In this document: positions 1 through 9,131 of the stretch, one piece after another
Numbering within the stretch: the stretch's first letter is position 1
Layout of the letters: each line of letters begins with the position of its first letter
Origin: Candidatus Thorarchaeota archaeon
GTDB taxonomy: Archaea > Asgardarchaeota > Thorarchaeia > Thorarchaeales > Thorarchaeaceae
Direction: 5' to 3'
DNA: 64,000 nt
Assembly: GCA_011364905.1 (NCBI GenBank)
Contig: RDNZ01000005.1
Location: forward strand, 1-64,000
Notes under the pieces: generated by a model
What the model saw: only the letters and a program-made list of their open reading frames with translations
What the model was told of the DNA's origin: nothing
Databases searched by the model: none
Position numbers and translations under genes: made by a program

Positions 1-291
1 AACAGCCGGAGGGCAGTAGCGACAACATGGGACCCCCGGAAGGACACTGTTGTGGATGAAGTCCCATGTCTGAATCATTTTGTCTTCATGGTCAGGGAAG
101 GCGAACTTGGTATCTCAGTCATGATACGTTCGAATGACATGTTTGGAGCGTGGCCAGCCAATGTATATGCTCTCGGAGAACTCCTAACATATGTTTCAGA
201 AAAAATTGGAATCAGACCTGGTACAATCACAACGCACTCGGTAAATGCGCACATCTACAAGCATGACTATGAAAAAGCCTCAGAAATTTAG
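1..291 (+). CDS. thyA: Thymidylate synthase (archaeal ThyA-like), 5'-truncated by window edge
   Basis: Frame is open from base 1: SRRAVATTW..D...PC (catalytic Cys), RSND, N, and HIY motifs. Confidence 0.85.
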   Translation, partial: NSRRAVATTWDPRKDTVVDEVPCLNHFVFMVREGELGISVMIRSNDMFGAWPANVYALGELLTYVSEKIGIRPGTITTHSVNAHIYKHDYEKASEI

Positions 292-398
292 GGCGTTAAC
301 TCATCCGCTTAATTCATATAGGTCTTTAACTTGAAAGGCATATCAAGTTTCAATACTTAATCACAATGGTGTCAGTATATAGACGGAGTGAAACCAAA

Positions 399-1013
399 AT
401 GGATGATATAGATAAGAAACTGGTATCTATTCTGCAAAACAATGGGAGAACAAGCTTATCGGAGATTGGAAAGGAACTTGGGATGTCTCATGTTGCTGTA
501 AGTAAGAGGCTTGACAAGCTTGTTCAGGCAGAACTTGTAAACGTGACAGCTGGAGTCAATGCAGAGTATCTCGATGTAAAGGTCCTATTCATGGGACTCG
601 AAACTGAAGATATGGAAGTCGCAGAACGTATTCAATCTAAGTATAAGGACTGCCCCAGGATTTTGATGTTCGCACCGGTAACTGGGAGGTACAATGTCTT
701 TGCAGTCATGGTTGCTGAAGACACATGGAGTCTTGAATCAATAATCGGCACTTGTAGCATGAGAACTGAACCTGGTGTGAGAAGATCAGAGAGTTGGTTT
801 GGGAATGCGCCAGTTGCTCCTAAGTATCTTCAGGTGAATCTAGCTCCAAGCCCGACAACAAGTTCGGTTTCACCTTGTGGCAGGGATTGTGGGGCTTGCA
901 AGCGCTACAAAGCTGACAAATGTGTGGGATGCCCTCCGACGAATGTCTACAAAGGAGCACTCTGGGCGGCACCAAACAGGACCAAAAAGAAGAACAGAAA
1001 GAGCAAAGGTTAA
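399..1013 (+). CDS. Lrp/AsnC transcriptional regulator with C-terminal Cys-rich (DUF3795-like) extension
   Basis: [34 protein letters not shown] domain, then [12 protein letters not shown]; GGAGTG precedes ATG 399. Confidence 0.85.
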   Translation: MDDIDKKLVSILQNNGRTSLSEIGKELGMSHVAVSKRLDKLVQAELVNVTAGVNAEYLDVKVLFMGLETEDMEVAERIQSKYKDCPRILMFAPVTGRYNVFAVMVAEDTWSLESIIGTCSMRTEPGVRRSESWFGNAPVAPKYLQVNLAPSPTTSSVSPCGRDCGACKRYKADKCVGCPPTNVYKGALWAAPNRTKKKNRKSKG

Positions 1014-1047
1014 CACACACCTGTACTCCGATATTCTCGTGAATCTT

Positions 1048-1638
1048 ATGAGTGACGTCTTCATTCATCCGCTTGCAGTTGTAGACGATGGAGCCAAGAT
1101 TGGCGATGGAACCCGGATTTGGCATTTTGCACATGTAAGGGGAACAGCAACGATTGGCAAAGGGTGCAACATAGGGAAAGATGTCTATGTTGATGCCGAT
1201 GTTGTTATAGGACATAATGTGAAAATTCAGAACGGTGTGTCAGTCTATCATGGCGTGACCATAGAAGACGATGTGTTTTGCGGTCCTCATATGACTTTTA
1301 CCAATGACCTGTATCCCAGAGCATTTAGTACAACGTGGGAGGTTGCAAAGACATTGGTCAAAAGGGGAGCTTCAATTGGGGCTCACGCAACAATTGTTTG
1401 CAATACAACTCTAGGCGAATATTGTATGGTCGGGAGCGGTGCGGTAGTAACTCACGATGTTCCCGCCCATGGACTTGTTGTTGGCAATCCTGCACGACTG
1501 GTAGGATTTGTATGCAAGTGTGGGCAACCATTAACTGAAGAAGTCGCACAAAATGATACTAGCATAACGATGCGTTGTTCTAAGTGCAATGAAGAGACTG
1601 TGTTGTTGAAATCAGATATCAAGAGAAAGGCCAGGTAG
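1048..1638 (+). CDS. Hexapeptide-repeat (LbH) N-acetyltransferase, WbpD/WlbB-like, with C-terminal zinc ribbon
   Basis: [50 protein letters not shown]; likely start ATG 1048. Confidence 0.85.
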   Translation: MSDVFIHPLAVVDDGAKIGDGTRIWHFAHVRGTATIGKGCNIGKDVYVDADVVIGHNVKIQNGVSVYHGVTIEDDVFCGPHMTFTNDLYPRAFSTTWEVAKTLVKRGASIGAHATIVCNTTLGEYCMVGSGAVVTHDVPAHGLVVGNPARLVGFVCKCGQPLTEEVAQNDTSITMRCSKCNEETVLLKSDIKRKAR

Positions 1639-1645
1639 ACATGCA

Positions 1646-3757
1646 GTGTCCCACCTCTACAAGAAATTCGTCAATGAGAGAGTCATGGACCTTGTGAACA
1701 AAGTCCAGAATATCCGCAATGTCACAATCATTGCACATATCGACCATGGAAAAACTACGCTGAGTGATTCTCTGATTGCTGAATCAGGCTTGCTCTCAAA
1801 AGAGGTCGCTGCGACAGCAAGGCTTCTTGATTACGACTTCATTGAACAAGAAAGAGGTATCACGATAAAAGCATCAGGGATTTCATTGGTTCATGTTTTC
1901 AATGGGAAAAATCATTTAATCAACCTAATAGACACTCCGGGACACATCGATTTTTCCAGCCATGTCACTAGAGGACTTAGACTCACGGATGGTGCTATAA
2001 TCCTTATTGACGTAATCGAGGGAGTAATGGTACAAACAGAAACTGTCACGAGACAAGCAATGGCAGACCTTGTCAAGCCTGTGTTATTTGTGAATAAGGT
2101 TGACAGACTTTTCCGAGAACGTAAACTGACTGGGCGTAAAGCAGCTGAGGAGATTAATAGAATAGTACGCGAATTCAACGCGATGCTGGGAAAGTATCTT
2201 GATGATGAGAGATTGGAGGAGTGGGAGGTTTCCTTTAGTAGAGGGTCGCTTAGCGTGGGCTCAGCCTTAGACAAGTGGGGGATTGATTTGAATACATTGA
2301 GAGAGAGATCTGGAGGAAGCGATTCGCCAAAAGATCTGGCAAATGCATTCATTTCAATCTTAGAAGAGATTGAACAAATCTACAAGGCGGAAGAACGAAA
2401 AGAACTAGCAGCTCAATATCCAGTTGCACGCGTTGTCTTAGACTCTGTGATTCGAGTTATACCAAATCCAAAAGTGGCACAGAAATATCGCATTCCCCTG
2501 TTTTGGGATGGCAATCCTAACTCGAAAGTTGGCAAAAGCCTGCTCAGTTGCAATGCCACCGGTCCATGCATTTGCATGGTGGGCGAGGTACAGCCAGACA
2601 AACACGCATCAACTGCAGCAGCGGTGAGAATCTTTTCTGGCACTTTGGAAAGAGCCAAACCCTTGATGAACCTACGGACAAGAGAGCAACGGAAGTCGCT
2701 ACAGATTGGGATGTATATGTCAAAGACTCGTGTGGACATATCACATGTTCCAGCAGGCAATCTGGCTTTTATAACGGGACTCAGAGATATTGCAGTTGGG
2801 GATACACTAGTAGAACTAGCAGATTTTGAGAAATTGAAGGAAACAATTAGTCCGATGAAAGCACTACAGTATCCAACAGAGCCAGTTGTGACTTATACAA
2901 TTGAACCTAGAACCCTATCGGAACTGGGGAATATCCAAGGACCTATTGAGGCATATGTCGCAACAGATCCAGCTCTTGAGTTCGAAGTCAATTCAGAAAC
3001 AGGAGAGATGCTCATCTCCGGAGCTGGCGAGCTGCACATTGAAATCACGATGGAAAAATTAGCAAGGCAGGGAATAGAGGTCATTCTTGGTAAGCCAATG
3101 GTGTTATTGAGAGAGCAACTCACAAAAGATGGGCAATCTTGTTCAGCCGAGAGTGCCACTACGAGCGCATTCACGGTGCGTGCTATAGTTGCATCGGACG
3201 CAATGCAGCCGGACTCCTTTGGCACCGTAATTGACCAAGACTATCGGTCTGCAAGCTGGATTGTTGATAGATCTGATAAGATAAGTCCATTTGGCGAAGA
3301 AACGGAGTGGATCAAGGAGGCTTTTAGAACCATTATTCGTAATGGGCCCATAAAGGGAGAACGGATGCGAAGAGTAGGTCTTTTGATTGAGAACGCTACC
3401 GTGAAATCAACGTCTCCCGAAACATCTTGGCGCGATATCACTCAACCGTTAATTGAAGCGAGTCGAAAGAGTATAACATCGGGACAACCAGTGGTCTTGG
3501 AACCATGGATACATCTCGAGATTAGCACACCTGAGGACTACGTAGGATCTTTGAGTGCAATCCTCTCAAAACGAAAAGGCCATGTGCTTGACATAAATTC
3601 GGATAGAGCTCTCTTTAGAATCGATGCTGAAATACCCGTGCGAGAATCCTTCGGATTAGCGAATGAAATCAGAACCTCAACATCCGGATGGGCAACCTGG
3701 GGGGCACGAGCAGGAGGTTTTCGGGACATCAAGAATTCTGAGGCACGATATGATTGA
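1646..3757 (+). CDS. Divergent elongation factor EF-2 paralogue lacking the diphthamide His
   Basis: G motifs AHIDHGKTT, RGITI, DTPGH, NKVD; domain III SGAGELH; domain IV shortened with no HRG motif. Confidence 0.85.
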   Translation: MSHLYKKFVNERVMDLVNKVQNIRNVTIIAHIDHGKTTLSDSLIAESGLLSKEVAATARLLDYDFIEQERGITIKASGISLVHVFNGKNHLINLIDTPGHIDFSSHVTRGLRLTDGAIILIDVIEGVMVQTETVTRQAMADLVKPVLFVNKVDRLFRERKLTGRKAAEEINRIVREFNAMLGKYLDDERLEEWEVSFSRGSLSVGSALDKWGIDLNTLRERSGGSDSPKDLANAFISILEEIEQIYKAEERKELAAQYPVARVVLDSVIRVIPNPKVAQKYRIPLFWDGNPNSKVGKSLLSCNATGPCICMVGEVQPDKHASTAAAVRIFSGTLERAKPLMNLRTREQRKSLQIGMYMSKTRVDISHVPAGNLAFITGLRDIAVGDTLVELADFEKLKETISPMKALQYPTEPVVTYTIEPRTLSELGNIQGPIEAYVATDPALEFEVNSETGEMLISGAGELHIEITMEKLARQGIEVILGKPMVLLREQLTKDGQSCSAESATTSAFTVRAIVASDAMQPDSFGTVIDQDYRSASWIVDRSDKISPFGEETEWIKEAFRTIIRNGPIKGERMRRVGLLIENATVKSTSPETSWRDITQPLIEASRKSITSGQPVVLEPWIHLEISTPEDYVGSLSAILSKRKGHVLDINSDRALFRIDAEIPVRESFGLANEIRTSTSGWATWGARAGGFRDIKNSEARYD

Positions 3758-3766
3758 TTCCTGCAA

Positions 3767-6067
3767 CTAACGTCTGATGTAAAATCTTCTGTTCATTATT
3801 GTTCCGAGTAGAGAAAGTACTCTGCGGTCTACCAATGACACACTATCTATCATTCTTATTGCTCGAGTCAAGTTCGAGAAGACAGCATTGAGGTATGGTT
3901 GCGCCTCAACCATTTCAGACTGTTCTACCATCTGAAGATATGCATGCGTGATTTTGATAAGACCAAGCCAATCTTCAGCCAGAAGGTAATTGTATTGAGT
4001 TTCATATGTGACCAGAGGACTCTCTTGAAACTTTCCTCTGTCGACGTAGGCAGCATATTGATTCTCCAAGGCAAGGGAGAAACGACGAAGAACTTGTGAC
4101 AATGATGATGATGTGGCCTTGATGAATTCAGCAGACTCGAGGAAGTCTGGTTCCATCAAAGCAACTTCTCCAAATGCTATGGCAGATCCATAAAAGCCAG
4201 TAGCCAGCTCAGAATAGTCCTTATTATCGTAAAACGCCTTTATTGTTTGAACAAGATAAGTCTGACCAAGCCAATATTGAGCAAGCAATGGGTCAGTTTC
4301 GCGAACAGCATCATCAACGGGAGGCTGTATCCGACCACCAATCTCAGCATTAAGTGCGCGCATGTTCATTTTAGCTGTTGATAGCGCTGCCACTACTCCA
4401 GCAACACCCGCGAGTTCAGATGTGCTTTGGCTCATGTTTTTCGCCCGTTCAAGAAGAGCCCTCCATGAGCTCTCCAAAAATGGCACTACCAATGAAACAC
4501 CATGTATGAACATTGAATCATCATCCATGCTAGCATCACTCAACATTCGATCAATGTCATCGAGAAGTCTCATTAGTTTGGGAGGAATGGTTCCTCCGTG
4601 GCGTGTCACTAGCCAGACAACATTGTATGTTGCAATAGCCACCTCAACAAACGCACGATTATCCGTGGGAAACAATGGCACATATTGAACCAAGATCTCG
4701 CGGAGAGGGTCTTGAATGTTAAGATCTGCTCTCTCCTTTGTTCGCATCCGTGAAAGTGCGAGTCCCATTCGAGTACCCACAAGTTCTATCTCGGAGATCC
4801 TTCCTTCAGCAAACTGTCCCTCCCGCATCTTAACAGCCCTTTCGAATGCTTCTTGGCCAGTGGCCCAGAATTCATCACATTCAGTGCTCAAACATAACCA
4901 GCCAATCGCATTCTCGGCTCTGGAGAGGTCTATATCAATATCCGGATGGTAGCCCTCTAGCTCTCCAAGCATTTCTTTTGCTCCACTCAAGTACTCCATC
5001 GATTTTGTCATGTTCTCATGATCACCGAGGAGACCGTGAGCAAAACCTAGGCTGGCAAGTGTATTGAAAACATGCATTTTCTGGTCAGGGTTCTTTTCTT
5101 CTATTAATTCGAAAATCCTTAGTCCGAGGTGAAGCTGTTCTATTGCTTGTGGAACACCTTCGCGCCAACCATTTGCGAGAATGCTTGAGCCAATGACAAC
5201 ATGAGCAAGACCGACTTCATCTCTCCCCACCTCTCCAGCTTTTAGTGCTATGTCATAAATCTCTGCAGCCTTGTTCGCGGTTTTACGAGCTTCCTGATAA
5301 GCGATTGATTCATCCCTAGTTTCATTGACTCCAAGCTGAAGAATGACAGCAGCTAGACGTACGCGGTCGTTCTTGGCACGCGCTTGTTTTTCAAGCTTCT
5401 TCAACCACTTTCGAGCTTCAGAAAACAGACGAAGCTCTGTCAAAACACGTGCATAGTCAAAGGTCACTTCGAACGTGAAATCTTTGAGTCGGACTTCACT
5501 ACCTATTTCCATCATTCTACTAAGCAGCAACTCGGCGCCTTCAAAGAAACCCTCCTCAATTAAGCTCCAAGCTAAACTGTGAACCTCGTATAATGCAAGT
5601 TGTGTTGTACCATCATGGCGCCTGTCGTAAATCGCATTTAGTGTCATAAGAACTTCATCAGCCAGAAAAGGAAGCAAGGGTCTGAGATTGAGTCTAATTG
5701 ATGAACTAAGTGCTTGAGAGAGTTCTCCCAGAATGTCGATAAGACTAGGTATGGCTTCTATGTCAGGAAGTAACTCACACTCAGTACGTCTATAATCATT
5801 CGTATACCGCGTATCAAGAAGCATAAGAAGTTCAGGTATTGCACGGTTTTTGTGAAATGACAATCGAATGGTGAGTTCAGCAAGTTTCGCACTGGCAAGC
5901 CCGGGCCTGCGAAGGATAATCTCCTCGATGGCACGTGCGATGTCATATAAAATATCTGCTTCATCGCTGTCGTTGAAAGTAACGTTCTGAACCGCTGAGA
6001 GCCCATCATCCAGAGAGAGGTTTGCACATAGAATATCTCTCAGTGTAGCTATCAGCTTTGTTTGCAA
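3767..6067 (-). CDS. Large all-helical (TPR-like solenoid) hypothetical protein
   Basis: 766 aa ORF with repeated amphipathic helix pairs (e.g. LASLGFAHGLLGD, AENAIGWLCL); TTG start with purine-rich RBS. Confidence 0.6.
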   Translation of the reverse strand: MQTKLIATLRDILCANLSLDDGLSAVQNVTFNDSDEADILYDIARAIEEIILRRPGLASAKLAELTIRLSFHKNRAIPELLMLLDTRYTNDYRRTECELLPDIEAIPSLIDILGELSQALSSSIRLNLRPLLPFLADEVLMTLNAIYDRRHDGTTQLALYEVHSLAWSLIEEGFFEGAELLLSRMMEIGSEVRLKDFTFEVTFDYARVLTELRLFSEARKWLKKLEKQARAKNDRVRLAAVILQLGVNETRDESIAYQEARKTANKAAEIYDIALKAGEVGRDEVGLAHVVIGSSILANGWREGVPQAIEQLHLGLRIFELIEEKNPDQKMHVFNTLASLGFAHGLLGDHENMTKSMEYLSGAKEMLGELEGYHPDIDIDLSRAENAIGWLCLSTECDEFWATGQEAFERAVKMREGQFAEGRISEIELVGTRMGLALSRMRTKERADLNIQDPLREILVQYVPLFPTDNRAFVEVAIATYNVVWLVTRHGGTIPPKLMRLLDDIDRMLSDASMDDDSMFIHGVSLVVPFLESSWRALLERAKNMSQSTSELAGVAGVVAALSTAKMNMRALNAEIGGRIQPPVDDAVRETDPLLAQYWLGQTYLVQTIKAFYDNKDYSELATGFYGSAIAFGEVALMEPDFLESAEFIKATSSSLSQVLRRFSLALENQYAAYVDRGKFQESPLVTYETQYNYLLAEDWLGLIKITHAYLQMVEQSEMVEAQPYLNAVFSNLTRAIRMIDSVSLVDRRVLSLLGTIMNRRFYIRR

Positions 6068-6128
6068 TGGAGCCTCTCCTCTCAGAGCATGCTTACGGTT
6101 CCTGCTTTAAAGGTTTCACAGAAAACAA

Positions 6129-6842
6129 CTAACGTTCAATAACAAAATCGTGCCATTCTCGGGATGTGTCAGTGCCCCTCATCCGCTCCATCCTTATTTG
6201 GTGCCGGGGTGTTGGACCGCTGTCATCTATTCTAAATCTGAGAACTGCATCAGCAAGGTAGGAAAAGGTCGCATAGGTCTTCTCATCGTGGACACCCTCT
6301 TCGAGAATGTACATTATACTATGAGACTCCTGCTTTGTTCTACCGCTTAGCCGCTGCACCGCTCTCGGCATGGTCGTAGGACTGGAGTGCAGGATTAATG
6401 TGGAAAGGCTATCAATAACCACTCTTGCAACCACAAGTTTCTCCAAAACCTCTGACAACACAATCCCAAGCTCGCTAACATCATCAACTTTCGCTAAGGA
6501 ACGTGCAGGACCAGTGCTTGGTGCGCCCATCCGCTCGGAATAGCCATCAATGAAAACAAACTTGCCTGCAGCTTCCTGTTCATCAATTGTCCATCCATGA
6601 CGACTCATGTCATTGCGAATTACTCGAGGCGAAACATCTGTGGTGACAAAAACAGCAGGAAATCCTAATTCGACTCCCTCGGCGAGAAATGCCTCAGCAT
6701 AGGTTGTTTTTCCGGAACCGAGTGGACCCACTAGCATGTAGGACACTTGTGTCAACTGGCCGAACTTCACAAGGTCACTGATCATAGGAGTGGCTTTTGC
6801 TGGAGGCTGTATCACCTTTTGTGAGTCCTGATTCTCAACCAC
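6129..6842 (-). CDS. Single-domain KaiC/RAD55-family ATPase (CII-like)
   Basis: Walker A GPLGSGKT, Walker B VVIDS, FSYLAD, RMRG arginine finger; catalytic EE replaced by DV. Confidence 0.85.
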   Translation of the reverse strand: MVENQDSQKVIQPPAKATPMISDLVKFGQLTQVSYMLVGPLGSGKTTYAEAFLAEGVELGFPAVFVTTDVSPRVIRNDMSRHGWTIDEQEAAGKFVFIDGYSERMGAPSTGPARSLAKVDDVSELGIVLSEVLEKLVVARVVIDSLSTLILHSSPTTMPRAVQRLSGRTKQESHSIMYILEEGVHDEKTYATFSYLADAVLRFRIDDSGPTPRHQIRMERMRGTDTSREWHDFVIER

Positions 6843-6867
6843 TTTGCGGGCCTCGCTATCTCAATGG

Positions 6868-7614
6868 TTAAACCCCGGGACTGATCTCTCCGGGCCAAAC
6901 CCTGATTCCTTCATCTGTGATTCTCATTGAGTGTATCCTTGAACTATGCTTTGAACCTCTCAGTTTGAGAACCTCGATTGAACGAGATCGTGATGTGTCG
7001 CTTATCTTCTCGTTGTAAAGTACAATAACACCAGATGCTAAGAAGGCTTCGATATCAAAAACGCCCAGTCCCTGCTCCTGAGCTGGAATCTCGCTGGTCA
7101 AGAGGAGAGTACAACCTGCACGAGTGATGGTGGCAGCAAGTTTGAAGAACTCCTCCCGAAGAATATCCCGACTTTTGAACTTGTATGCCATGATAGAGAG
7201 CGTGTCAAGAACAACTCGCGTTGCTTTGATCTTCTTCACGTGATTCAAGATTATTGCCTCAAGTCCGGAAAGGTCAAAGCTCGGATATTCACCAATAGTA
7301 ACAGGTGTCACTTCCTTCGATGGCGACAAATCAACTATGGCAATCTTCTTCTCCTTCTCAAGCTTCTCTAAGTCCATACCAAAACGAAGCATGTTTCTCT
7401 TGATAAGGTGTGGCGGTTCTTCGAGAGTCACAAGCACACCAGGCTCATTATATTCGGTGGCGCCTTTGTATATGAACTGAGTTGCCAAGATACTTTTCCC
7501 AGTTCCAGCTTTTCCAGCAATGAGAATCGTATCACCTCTTGGGAAACCTCCCTCGATTAGTTCATCGAGGCCAGGAATTCCTGTCTTTACCCGTTCGATT
7601 ATAAGGTCGTTCAT
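6868..7614 (-). CDS. Single-domain KaiC-family ATPase (CI-like)
   Basis: TGIPGLDELIEGG, GKAGTGKS, EPGVLVTLEE, DLSP..FDLS, VVLDT, KLRGSKH, ITDEGIRVWP. Confidence 0.9.
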   Translation of the reverse strand: MNDLIIERVKTGIPGLDELIEGGFPRGDTILIAGKAGTGKSILATQFIYKGATEYNEPGVLVTLEEPPHLIKRNMLRFGMDLEKLEKEKKIAIVDLSPSKEVTPVTIGEYPSFDLSGLEAIILNHVKKIKATRVVLDTLSIMAYKFKSRDILREEFFKLAATITRAGCTLLLTSEIPAQEQGLGVFDIEAFLASGVIVLYNEKISDTSRSRSIEVLKLRGSKHSSRIHSMRITDEGIRVWPGEISPGV

Positions 7615-7943
7615 TTTGACCCATCCTTCTTTTTCGTCATGACCTTGGCTCCGAGTACCATCTTCATCAGCAAATCCGGTTCAGGGATACCGGTCACTGA
7701 TATGCCACCAATCATAACAGTTGGTAGGGCGAATATACCAAACTCTTCAGCCGCATCGGGGTTCTCACTGACGTTCACGACTTTGAGTTCGAAGACTTCG
7801 GAGCCAAAGTTCTCCAACGTTTCTCGTATAACCTCTTCCGCTCGAGGACAGAACGCGCAAGTGTCAGACTTGAAGAAGACAACCTCGATTTTATCGGATT
7901 TCTTCTTCTTGGTTGACGCCTTGCGTTTTTTCTTGTCCGCCAA
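7611..7943 (-). CDS. Thioredoxin-fold protein with CAFC motif, KaiB-like
   Basis: CxxC and cis-Pro motif ALPT; LKVVNVSENPDAAEE..I.A.PT resembles KaiB; stop overlaps the KaiC ATG (ATGA). Confidence 0.8.
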   Translation of the reverse strand: MADKKKRKASTKKKKSDKIEVVFFKSDTCAFCPRAEEVIRETLENFGSEVFELKVVNVSENPDAAEEFGIFALPTVMIGGISVTGIPEPDLLMKMVLGAKVMTKKKDGSK

Positions 7944-8060
7944 ATGGTAGCACTCCCAGGTTCGAGAAACGGCATGGTTTCAAGCATTGTTTGTCACTTG
8001 AATGTTTTGAGGGTGTCGGCTGGCGCTCAAATAAGGAGATTGGCTATTACCCAGATAATA

Positions 8061-8441
8061 TCAGTATCTCAGCAGACGTTTGATTCTTGTGGCTGCTTTT
8101 CCTATGGGTCTTGCGTGATAACGGACATTGCGAGGCATGACTGCAGCCAAAATCAAAGCCTGTTTTCCACTGGTCCCTATTTTTTTGAAGACCGCTTTGC
8201 CTTGAGTGCACCGAAGGCTGATGTCCCTGAGATCTCCAATCATGAGTTCCTTTCTCACTCGCTCGGCAGAGTCTGATATGAATCCAGAAACCGCTGCAAC
8301 AACATCTCTGTCAGCCCCTGAAGAAACGGCGGAGGCAATAGAAAACCCGTCGTCTCTGACAAGAGAAGAGAGTGTGAATCCACCCTCCTTGTTCATTTGT
8401 TCAAGGATTTTCGGGAGGGCAGCATAGTCAGGACGGCTCAT
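8061..8441 (-). CDS. Roadblock/LC7 (MglB-like) domain protein
   Basis: 126 aa; LVRDDGFSIAS..VAAVS..AERVRKEL.IG pattern typical of Robl_LC7. Confidence 0.85.
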   Translation of the reverse strand: MSRPDYAALPKILEQMNKEGGFTLSSLVRDDGFSIASAVSSGADRDVVAAVSGFISDSAERVRKELMIGDLRDISLRCTQGKAVFKKIGTSGKQALILAAVMPRNVRYHARPIGKAATRIKRLLRY

Positions 8442-8530
8442 CTTTTTCTTCTCCGATTTTCCTTAAGTCTACACTCGAGTTGGTTGTTTCCCTAATAAAC
8501 AATATGAGATTGAACCAACTACAGTAGAGA

Positions 8531-8538
8531 TTTAAATA
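8531..8538 (+). promoter_or_regulatory. Putative TATA box in the roadblock/Rab divergent intergenic region
   Basis: TTTAAATA ~30 nt upstream of GTG 8568. Confidence 0.45.
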
Positions 8539-8567
8539 ATATTTACAATTGAACAATAGTACGGAGT

Positions 8568-9125
8568 GTGAGTCTAATACCCGCTGAGTACCGTTACAAA
8601 ATTGTCATGTTAGGAGACGGTGCAGTGGGCAAAACCGCGATGACGACTCGTTTTACACAAAACTTCTTCGAAGCCGATTACAAACGAACAATTGGCAGTG
8701 ATTTCGCAATCAAACGACTCACGATTGATGATATTGATGCGCAGGTCACGTTGCAGGTATGGGACCTCGCTGGACAGCCAAGGTTTGAGTCTGTGAGACA
8801 GGGATTCTACAGAGGGGCGAGAGGTGGTCTCTTGCTCTATGATGTGACGCGTAGACGAACCTTTCTGAATGTTGAAAACTGGAAAGAGGAAGCATTCGCC
8901 AACCTCCAAAAAGAAATCCCACTGATTTTGGTAGCAAACAAGGTGGACCTTGAAGACAGTCGAGTGGTCGCAACGGAGGAGGGTGAGAAATACGCGAAGA
9001 AAAACAAACTCATCTACGTGGAGTCTAGTGCACTCACTGGGGAGAATGTTGAAGATGCATATCTCAACCTGTGCAGAACTATGATTGAAGACTCAAAGAG
9101 TGCAAACGGAGCAAATTCGGTTTAA
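8568..9125 (+). CDS. Rab-like small GTPase
   Basis: GDGAVGKT, TIGSDF, WDLAGQ, FYRGA, NKVD, ESSA; no C-terminal prenylation Cys. Confidence 0.92.
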   Translation: MSLIPAEYRYKIVMLGDGAVGKTAMTTRFTQNFFEADYKRTIGSDFAIKRLTIDDIDAQVTLQVWDLAGQPRFESVRQGFYRGARGGLLLYDVTRRRTFLNVENWKEEAFANLQKEIPLILVANKVDLEDSRVVATEEGEKYAKKNKLIYVESSALTGENVEDAYLNLCRTMIEDSKSANGANSV

Positions 9126-9131
9126 TCCAAC

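Noticed and set aside
6129-7943. A true self-sustained circadian clock
   Set aside because: No kaiA, no fused two-domain KaiC, Thr432 is replaced and the CII-like gene lacks EE; only a KaiBC-like switch is supportable
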